A stretch of DNA of 64,000 nt from Ignavibacteriota bacterium. GTDB lineage: Bacteria > Bacteroidota > Ignavibacteria > Kapaibacteriales > UBA2268. The notes beneath the pieces were generated by a model, which had not been told where the DNA came from, searched no databases, and was given only the letters and a program-made list of their open reading frames with translations. Position numbers and translations under genes: made by a program. The stretch is taken from contig JAGXGG010000042.1 of the NCBI GenBank assembly GCA_024636855.1, forward strand, positions 536-64,535. The letters run 5' to 3'. Position 1 is the stretch's first letter, and each line of letters starts with the position of its first letter. Shown here piece after piece: positions 56,975-64,000 of the stretch.

Positions 56975-58321
56975 TTATCTCACAACAAATTTCTGAGTGT
57001 AAATTGAGTTTCCTTTTTGTATTCTAACAAAGTAAACACCTGAATTGAAATCAGCAGTGTTGATATTTGATATCTGTATGTTCTGAGTTAAATTTACATT
57101 TTGAGTGTGTACAGTTGTACCTGTGGAAGAGAATATATTCAAGCTAGCTTGTCCTATTTCGCTACCAGCATAAACTAAATTTACTGTTTCATTTTTACTT
57201 ATAACATTAGGATAAACAGCAAATTTGCTATTATCATAGTTCGTTTCATTAACAGAAAGTTGAGGGTCAGCTATCTCGAAAGTATATGTGCCACCTTCAA
57301 ACCCTTTGAATACTAACTTATAAAGTTCTCCAACCGGTACTTCAACTGTCTCACCATTCATTTGTTGTAATTCAAATCTTTGTACGAAGTAAACTCTGTT
57401 TTCAATTATTTCATATTCGAAAGTAGAGAAATTTAATTCTTTCCAATCATGGCCGATTTCAGTTATTATTGATGAAAAGTCCTCAGGCTTTGGTTCAGGA
57501 GTATTGACAACGTTCACGCCATCTAGTTGAGCAACTTTTACCCCTCTATTTGTTCTTACACCTACTACTGGGTAAGGTTGAGTTACACCTTGTCCTTCTA
57601 CTATTTGTATATATTTAGAGAACTCCAAATGCCATTGGCCTATTGCTGGCTCTCTATCTAGAGATTCACCTTTTTGCAAATCATAATAACCATTGAGCTT
57701 ACCACTGAAATTAGATTTTACAAACTCTTTAGATTTTTGATTATCATTGTTTAAATCAGAGTAAAAGAAATAAAATGTACCAGAAGCCAACTCATCGATT
57801 GCAATTTTTTTATACTCGCCGTTACGTAGTTTGATTACAAATAGCTCAGTACCAGTTACAATTGTTTGTCCATATTGTCCCCATCCAAATTCACCTGGAT
57901 TATCGTCAGAAAATCCATCTAATCCCATATTGAAAGCACCAATTTGCCAAGCATCCGTAGAATTGAATAATTCAGTCCAAGTCTTGAATTTGCCAGTCGT
58001 ATCTAAAGGAGCATCAAAATCAGCAATGCCACCGTCCGTTACGTGCCATAGTCTAACGCCTTGTCCATCGTTGATTCTGATTGCTGCACTTAGTGGGGTC
58101 ATAAATGCCAAATCCCAATTAGTATTATCTACTAAATTTATATCTGGAGATGCAAGATTTACATAAGCACTTTCAGTTCTTTTTGTATCTATATCCACTT
58201 TCACTTCTTTTGCGAAAGTTTGATTTGTTGCTACTAGAGATAGTGCAACTAGTGTAACAAGAGTAATTAATCTATTCATTTTTATAAACCTTAATTGTTT
58301 TGTGTGAAATCTATTTTTCAA
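56975..58321 (-). CDS. HmuY-like protein with T9SS C-terminal sorting domain
   Basis: The likely start is ATG 58279 (MNRLITLVTLVALSL). The ORF-track start at 58321 is a TTG. HmuY-like motifs NWDLAFMT and WHLEFSKY. The C-terminus FAVYPNVISKNETVNLVY...GVYFVRIQKGNSIYTQKFVVR is T9SS-type. Its stop abuts the receptor ATG. Confidence 0.65.
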   Translation of the reverse strand: MKNRFHTKQLRFIKMNRLITLVTLVALSLVATNQTFAKEVKVDIDTKRTESAYVNLASPDINLVDNTNWDLAFMTPLSAAIRINDGQGVRLWHVTDGGIADFDAPLDTTGKFKTWTELFNSTDAWQIGAFNMGLDGFSDDNPGEFGWGQYGQTIVTGTELFVIKLRNGEYKKIAIDELASGTFYFFYSDLNNDNQKSKEFVKSNFSGKLNGYYDLQKGESLDREPAIGQWHLEFSKYIQIVEGQGVTQPYPVVGVRTNRGVKVAQLDGVNVVNTPEPKPEDFSSIITEIGHDWKELNFSTFEYEIIENRVYFVQRFELQQMNGETVEVPVGELYKLVFKGFEGGTYTFEIADPQLSVNETNYDNSKFAVYPNVISKNETVNLVYAGSEIGQASLNIFSSTGTTVHTQNVNLTQNIQISNINTADFNSGVYFVRIQKGNSIYTQKFVVR

Positions 58322-58405
58322 TTACGAATTTAATCATAAGTAATTTTTACTAAAAGCAAACTTAAGACATTTTGAGATTAAAATAAGTTACAATTGTATT
58401 TGTAA

Positions 58406-61400
58406 TTACATGTTGTTTGTACTTAATGCTAATAATTGCTTTATTTTATATACATTGAATGTTTCTAAGGATAGTTTTAGCTCTTTAGTATATTCACGAA
58501 GTGAATCTTCATTTTCCATTTCTGATATGAATTCTATTTTCTCTATAAATTTTGCCAATTCCCTAGTGTTGAGTTTTTTTAATAATTTATTCGATAATTC
58601 GAATACTTTGTGTTCATTTAGTAATTGGTTGGCTTTCATTGATAGTTCCAACCCATCATTAGATTTTATCTGATTTAGCTCACCTTTTTCTTTCATGCCT
58701 GTTTCTACAAGTATAGCCTCATATATAGCCTCTGCACGTACAGGTTTGGTCAAATAGTGCTTGAAATAATCTTTATTAGATTGCTTTTCTTCGTTATATA
58801 CTTCGGCTGTAAGCGCTACTAATGGTATATCTTTCAGATCGTTATCTTGAGTCCAAATTCCTGCCATTGTCATTCCATCCATGATAGGCATATGTAAATC
58901 AATAAATGCCAAATCAATCTTGTTATTGCGGGCTATTTCTAAAGCATCTTCACCATTAATAGCAAAAAGTACATTTACTTTATACTCCTTCAAAAACCCC
59001 TTTACTACTATTCTATTAGACTCTATATCCTCAGCAAATAAGATAGTTTTATAGCTCAAATCATATTTATCAAAATCATTTTTTGTCGAACTGCTAACTT
59101 TATTTGTTTGCATCAGAGAAATGGATACATCAGGGATGGTAACAATAAAAGTACTGCCTTTTCCTAATTCCGATTCTACTTCTACATTACCTTTCTTTAA
59201 TTCTACTATGCTTTTGACTATTGACAAACCAAGCCCAGTCCCTTCATATTTTCTTGAATCATTATCTTCCTCTTGTTCGAATGCATTAAAAATTGATGAG
59301 AGTTTATCTTTTGGAATACCTATCCCAGTATCAGTGATCTTGAATGATAATATAATTTTTGAACTATCGTTCTTATTAAATTCAAAATTAACATCTAAAG
59401 TTACAGAACCTGATTCGGTAAACTTAACTGCATTTCCTAGTAGATTAATAAGAACTTGCTTTATTTTACCTTCATCTAGTATCAAGTATGGGGGAATATT
59501 CTCAGCGAGATTTGTAAAGTATTGGATACCTTTCTTGCTAGTAGTAAATTCGAAAATTCTATCTATATCGGATATTACCCTTTTTATATCAACTGAATTG
59601 TTATTCAGCGTCATCTTATTTGCTTCTATCTTTGAGAAATCTAATATATCATTTATTAGACTGAGTAATGAGTTACCACTCTTTATTATTCCGTCTATAT
59701 AGTCCTTATTCCTATCATCTTTGTTATTATTTTGCAATATTTCACTAAAACCAAGTATTGCATTCATTGGAGTTCTTATCTCGTGGCTCATATTAGCAAG
59801 GAAAGTAGACTTTGCCCTATTTGCCATTTCAGCTTTTTCTTTGGCTTCCATTAGTTGGATTTGAGATTCTTTTAACTCAGTAATATCTAGATTAATACCA
59901 TATATCCTTATTATATTGTTACTTGCGTCCTTTTCTATGTTAGTAATTGACTTTATAAACTTAGTAGTTTTGTCAGCAAGAATAATCCTAAACTCTGACT
60001 CATAATTATCTACCTCTCCACTCATTATCATCTCTAAGTTCTTATCAGCTTTTTCTTTATCATCTGGGTGCAATTTTTTCTCATATTCTGCATATACATC
60101 GTCAGAATCTTTGGATACTTCGAATAAAGTATACATAATATCATTCCATGACAATTTATTTATCCTAAAATCCCAGTCCCAAACACCAATTTCTGTTGAA
60201 TTTAATATCAGATCATATTTTTCGGCTAGTTCCTTTCTCTGTTCTTCACTTCTTTTTTCTTCGGTAACATCCCAATTCAACCCAACCATACGAATTGCAT
60301 TTCCATCATTATCTCTGTAAGTTTTAGAGACAGCACGAATAAATTTTATTTCTCCGTTTTTCCATATCACTCTGAACACAGTATCAAATTCTTTTTCTTT
60401 ATTTTTTAAAACATTTGATATTTCTTCATTCACTCTCTCAATATCATCTGGATGGAGGCTATCTTTATAATCATCATAACTATTAACTTTTTTACCTTCA
60501 TCAAAGTCATACAATTCATACATCAAGTCATTCCAAACTAATTTGTTGGACTCAATGGTCCAATCCCACACACCAATTTTTATTGAATCAAGTATGAATT
60601 TGTATTCTTCATTTGTCTCTTGTTTCTCCACTTCTGCCTTTAATAGGTCAGTTCTATCTTCTAGTCCCCAGATTTCTCCAATCGCAGTCTTTTTATCTAT
60701 GAAAGCTACTTTTCTGATATTACCAGATTTTGTTATTAAATCGACTATTACTTCATTTTCGAAATTTTTACCTTTATTCTGATAGTATAATTCCTTGACT
60801 TCGGCAGAATTCATTTTGTAAAGCAATTGAAACCAATCATCGATATTATTTATTTCTTCATTAGTATAACCAATTATATTCTCTACTGCTTTGTTGAAAT
60901 ATAACCCATCCTCACTATTGAGTACTGCGCCATAAGGGAGATCATCTATTAATGACTCAAACCTTTTTGCTGTAATTTGTAAGTCGAATTGTACTTCTTT
61001 AGCTTTAGTTATATCTTCTATCATTCCTAGGAATGCAGTTATTTCGTTATTCTCATCTTTTATAGGTTTTGATTTTACTGCTATATTCCTAATTTCCTCC
61101 CCTTTTAAAACACGGTATTCATTTACATAAAAGTCATCATTATTTTCTACTGACTCATACCATGTTTTGAATATGCGTTCCCTATCCTCTTCGTAAATAC
61201 CATTCTTCCATCCGTCTCCCATGCAATCGTCATAACTTAATCCAACAATATCTGAATAACGTTGATTTACAAATTGACAATAGCCAGATTCATCCGTTAG
61301 AAATAAACCAATTGGAGAAAGTTCGGCAATTGTAGCAAAGCGCTTTTCTCTTAGGTATATTTCTTTATTTCTTGCCGTCAACTCATTGAGGGATTCTTCT

Positions 61401-61987
61401 TTTTCTTTGCCTAATTGAGCAAGTTCGAGAGCCAATTTGTCCAATCTGCTTACAGCTGGAATTAGTATAAAAATCAAAGCCAATGTAAGTACTATGACGG
61501 ATAAAATTATAAGAGTAAGTACTACTCTTTGTGTTTGGTTGAGAGTAGATTTTACTTTAACTAGTATGTTGTTCGTAAAATCATGACTATCTTGTTTTAT
61601 ACTATAAGCTAATGCAGCAACCTTATCGGTTTTATTAGGGTATTGTTTGTCTAGTAGTAACGACTCTAGTTCATCTAAGTTAGAACTTATGGAGGATTTT
61701 AGCTTCTGATTCGGTTCTAAATATAACAAATCTAATTTATCAACTTCAATTTTTATATTTTCTAAATTCTTTTGAACTTTATCGTAATCTGAAGGTGATT
61801 CAAGTATTTTCTCAGTTATAGTGTATACCTTTGTTATGGTATTAAAATTAACCGAGTTTACTGACATTTTGTTCATCTCCGTTATCGAGATATATGCAAT
61901 TGCTAATACTATGATTACAAAGAAAGAGTAAAATACCCAGAGTAGATTATAGATTCTTTTATATTGATTACTTTTAGGTATTTTCAT
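58406..61987 (-). CDS. Hybrid sensor histidine kinase/response regulator with four PAS domains
   Basis: Two TM helices flank a ~120-aa periplasmic region. Four PAS-like modules follow, the last two closely related (IGVWDW....NKL.WND.MY). HisKA motif SHEIRTPMNAILGF. HATPase motifs GTGLGLSIVK and GKGSTF. Receiver segment DLAFIDLHMPIMDG...LTKP. Confidence 0.9.
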   Translation of the reverse strand: MKIPKSNQYKRIYNLLWVFYSFFVIIVLAIAYISITEMNKMSVNSVNFNTITKVYTITEKILESPSDYDKVQKNLENIKIEVDKLDLLYLEPNQKLKSSISSNLDELESLLLDKQYPNKTDKVAALAYSIKQDSHDFTNNILVKVKSTLNQTQRVVLTLIILSVIVLTLALIFILIPAVSRLDKLALELAQLGKEKEESLNELTARNKEIYLREKRFATIAELSPIGLFLTDESGYCQFVNQRYSDIVGLSYDDCMGDGWKNGIYEEDRERIFKTWYESVENNDDFYVNEYRVLKGEEIRNIAVKSKPIKDENNEITAFLGMIEDITKAKEVQFDLQITAKRFESLIDDLPYGAVLNSEDGLYFNKAVENIIGYTNEEINNIDDWFQLLYKMNSAEVKELYYQNKGKNFENEVIVDLITKSGNIRKVAFIDKKTAIGEIWGLEDRTDLLKAEVEKQETNEEYKFILDSIKIGVWDWTIESNKLVWNDLMYELYDFDEGKKVNSYDDYKDSLHPDDIERVNEEISNVLKNKEKEFDTVFRVIWKNGEIKFIRAVSKTYRDNDGNAIRMVGLNWDVTEEKRSEEQRKELAEKYDLILNSTEIGVWDWDFRINKLSWNDIMYTLFEVSKDSDDVYAEYEKKLHPDDKEKADKNLEMIMSGEVDNYESEFRIILADKTTKFIKSITNIEKDASNNIIRIYGINLDITELKESQIQLMEAKEKAEMANRAKSTFLANMSHEIRTPMNAILGFSEILQNNNKDDRNKDYIDGIIKSGNSLLSLINDILDFSKIEANKMTLNNNSVDIKRVISDIDRIFEFTTSKKGIQYFTNLAENIPPYLILDEGKIKQVLINLLGNAVKFTESGSVTLDVNFEFNKNDSSKIILSFKITDTGIGIPKDKLSSIFNAFEQEEDNDSRKYEGTGLGLSIVKSIVELKKGNVEVESELGKGSTFIVTIPDVSISLMQTNKVSSSTKNDFDKYDLSYKTILFAEDIESNRIVVKGFLKEYKVNVLFAINGEDALEIARNNKIDLAFIDLHMPIMDGMTMAGIWTQDNDLKDIPLVALTAEVYNEEKQSNKDYFKHYLTKPVRAEAIYEAILVETGMKEKGELNQIKSNDGLELSMKANQLLNEHKVFELSNKLLKKLNTRELAKFIEKIEFISEMENEDSLREYTKELKLSLETFNVYKIKQLLALSTNNM

Positions 61988-62087
61988 TTTTTCTTATTAT
62001 CTTAATTATTAGTATAAAAGAGAATTTAGTTTTTCATAATTTGTAAATATAAGAAATAATCAGACACAAAAAGAGGATAAATAAATC

Positions 62088-63278
62088 ATGGAAATGGATA
62101 TTTGTTATGGTGGGATACCAAGTAAAATCCCTAATAATTCGATGGGAATACGTGGTTATGACTATGTAGAATTCTACGTTGGATCTGGTAAAATGACTGC
62201 TTACTGGCACGCCAAAGCATTAGGACTAGACGTAGTAGCATACCAAGGACCGGAAACAGGAACAAGAGATAGAATCTCATTTCTATTAGCTACGAAAACT
62301 AATATGAAGATAATGATAACTGCTTCACTTCAACCTAGCACATCTGAAATAATGTCGTTCGTTAACCAACATGGTGATGGAGTAAAGAGATGGTGTCTAG
62401 AAGTAGTTGATGTGAAGAAAACTTATGCTGCTGCTATAAGTAATGGTGGTGTACCTGTACGTCCACCTTATAAATTGGAAGATGAACACGGATATGTGGA
62501 GCAAGCGGCAATAAAACTATATGATGATGCTGAAATCAATTTTATCAACTATGATAACTACAAAGGTCTTTTCAAACCTGGGTTTGAAGCTCCTGTACAA
62601 AAGTACGATGTAGAACGCAAAACTACTGGATTAACTCACATAGATCATATAGTGGGTAATGTGCACGTAAATGAGATGGACTTTTGGGCAAGTTATATAA
62701 ATAGAGTCCTCGATTTCGAGACATTTGTAGATTACGGACCAGGTGATATATCTACTCAATACTCAGCACTACTTTCTAAAGTTGTTCGCTCCAAAGATGG
62801 AGTGATCCAAAATCCTATCAATGAGCCATACAAAGGCAAACGCCTTTCTCAAATAGATGAATATATCATTCAATATCATGGAACTGGTATTCAGCACATA
62901 GCTCTATCTACTACTGATATTATCCGTTCCGTAAGGAATCTTAGAGAAAATGGAATGGAATTCCTAGACAGAGCTCCTAAGTCATATTATAATGATATAA
63001 GAAGAAAGAGCGAAGAAAGAGGTGGTTTGGTAACGGAAGATATAGATACGCTAGAAGAGTTAGGAATACTAGTCGATGTAGAAATAGGTAGTAATGGATA
63101 TTTATTACAGCTATTTACTAAACCAATTGGGGATAGACCAACCTTCTTCTACGAGATAATTCAAAGAAGAAAAGGTGCTACTGGTTTTGGACAAGGTAAT
63201 TTCCAAGCACTATTCGAAGCTATAGAAAGAGACCAAGAGAAACGTGGTAATCTTACTGAAACAGATGATGATGAATAA
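62088..63278 (+). CDS. hppD: 4-hydroxyphenylpyruvate dioxygenase
   Basis: Motifs GIQHIALSTTDI, LLQLFTKPIGDRPTFFYEIIQRR and GFGQGNFQALFEAIERDQEKRG are characteristic of HppD, and the size is typical. Confidence 0.9.
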   Translation: MEMDICYGGIPSKIPNNSMGIRGYDYVEFYVGSGKMTAYWHAKALGLDVVAYQGPETGTRDRISFLLATKTNMKIMITASLQPSTSEIMSFVNQHGDGVKRWCLEVVDVKKTYAAAISNGGVPVRPPYKLEDEHGYVEQAAIKLYDDAEINFINYDNYKGLFKPGFEAPVQKYDVERKTTGLTHIDHIVGNVHVNEMDFWASYINRVLDFETFVDYGPGDISTQYSALLSKVVRSKDGVIQNPINEPYKGKRLSQIDEYIIQYHGTGIQHIALSTTDIIRSVRNLRENGMEFLDRAPKSYYNDIRRKSEERGGLVTEDIDTLEELGILVDVEIGSNGYLLQLFTKPIGDRPTFFYEIIQRRKGATGFGQGNFQALFEAIERDQEKRGNLTETDDDE

Positions 63279-63305
63279 TTAGCTTTGCTAATATGATATT
63301 AAACG

Positions 63306-63340
63306 AAAGTGTCTGATGATTATTAGGCACTTTTTTTTTG
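63306..63340 (+). terminator. Intrinsic terminator of hppD
   Basis: The stem AAAGTGTCT (63306-63314) pairs with AGGCACTTT (63325-63333), with one G-U pair. It runs into a T-tract (63331-63339). Confidence 0.65.
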
Positions 63341-63465
63341 CTTTAGTTCCCTTATTTCTAATTATATCAGTAACAAGTGAAGAATGAAAGTTAGTAATTT
63401 GAGCAATAGTGATCTGAATAAATTTTCATAAGTTTGCACTTTGAAAATTTACAAGGAATTAATAA

Positions 63466-64000
63466 ATGAGAAAAATAATAATACTTCTCACGACAATGCT
63501 TTTCACAATATCAATAACTTTCGCTCAAGCTGACACTACTAACTATTGGCTAACTAAAGGTAATGCTCAACTATTGGTAAATCAAGCATCATTTACTAAT
63601 TGGGCTCAGGGTGGAAATAACTCAGTTTCAGGTACCGCTATGCTTAACTATAATATCACTTACAATGACTCTATTACTATATGGGAAAATGTATTTGATT
63701 TCGGTTATGGAGTTATAAATACTAAAGAGTTTGGGACTCGTAAGAACGAAGATAAGATTGATATACTTTCTAATTTCAGCCATATAGCAGCGAAAGATCT
63801 TTACTACTCAGGGAAGTTTAATTTCAAATCTCAATTTGTAGAAGGTTATAATTACCCTAATGATACGGTAGAAGTATCGAATTTCTTAGCGCCTGCTTAT
63901 GTGATACTATCAGCCGGGATGACTTACAAACCGAATGCAGATTTCTCATTTTACTTATCACCTACTACTGGCAAGATGACTATAGTTAATGATGATGTAC
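63466..64000 (+). CDS. DUF3078-like outer-membrane protein (5' part; runs off the right edge)
   Basis: ATG at 63466 and signal peptide MRKIIILLTTMLFTISITFAQA. NQASFTNWAQGGNNSVSG and FKSQFVEGYNY resemble the DUF3078 family pattern. The frame is open to the window end. Confidence 0.65.
   Translation, partial: MRKIIILLTTMLFTISITFAQADTTNYWLTKGNAQLLVNQASFTNWAQGGNNSVSGTAMLNYNITYNDSITIWENVFDFGYGVINTKEFGTRKNEDKIDILSNFSHIAAKDLYYSGKFNFKSQFVEGYNYPNDTVEVSNFLAPAYVILSAGMTYKPNADFSFYLSPTTGKMTIVNDDV

Noticed and set aside
2863-58321. N-terminal extensions in the supplied ORF track (for example 3436-3504, 23943-24011, 37072-37110, 41079-41132, 47239-47295, 17497-17541, 49774-49797 and 58280-58321).
   Set aside because: Several begin at non-ATG codons (TTG or GTG) and add residues before an obvious signal peptide or a conserved N-terminus. 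Some overlap the upstream gene. Internal ATGs with SD motifs are more plausible starts.
58406-58760. Hpt phosphotransfer domain at the C-terminus of the hybrid kinase.
   Set aside because: No H-x-x-K-G-type motif is present. The only His (NEHKVFEL) lacks the expected context. It is left as an unassigned helical tail.
1-64000. Search for CRISPR arrays, rRNA, tRNA, tmRNA or long (>100 bp) exact repeats.
   Set aside because: All gaps longer than ~100 bp were read on both strands. No regularly spaced direct repeats, cloverleaf-compatible GC-rich segments or rRNA-like sequence were seen. The only repeated DNA is the diverged paralogous gene pairs and the two similar terminator stems.

Overview
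AT-rich, densely coding chromosomal segment with about 47 supportable CDS. No rRNA, tRNA, CRISPR, transposase or integrase was recognised. At least six proteins end in type IX secretion (T9SS) C-terminal sorting domains, which points to an FCB-superphylum bacterium (Bacteroidota, Ignavibacteriota or a similar lineage). Clear Shine-Dalgarno motifs (AAGGT, AGGAG) before many genes argue against classical Bacteroidia or Flavobacteriia. Gene order from left to right: (1) a minus-strand operon of ECF sigma, anti-sigma and two lipoproteins; (2) two tandem LTD-CotH-T9SS paralogues and a GltB-like FMN protein; (3) a choice-of-anchor-like secreted protein, then a decayed DUF1801/GNAT remnant; (4) a DUF3160-like T9SS protein, a Pif1 helicase and a RelE/ParE toxin-antitoxin pair; (5) a propeller T9SS protein and ogt; (6) two class III adenylate cyclases with different periplasmic sensors plus a TPR-only paralogue; (7) trkA-trkH-trkH; (8) a 4-5 gene envelope module that I cannot assign to any named system (32994-40544), which is the main candidate for something undescribed; (9) pyrE and an M28 peptidase, a beta-propeller T9SS protein, and an intergenic array of short GC hairpins; (10) acnA, a PolB-like exonuclease and a YihY/BrkB protein; (11) four tandem paralogous lipoproteins; (12) a tightly coupled haem-uptake operon (HmuY-like/T9SS, TonB-dependent receptor with FRAP...H...N-x-D-L signature, HmuY lipoprotein, ChuS/HemS, small membrane protein); (13) a four-PAS hybrid histidine kinase, hppD, and the start of a DUF3078-type protein. 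All family assignments come from motif recognition by eye. No database search was run.
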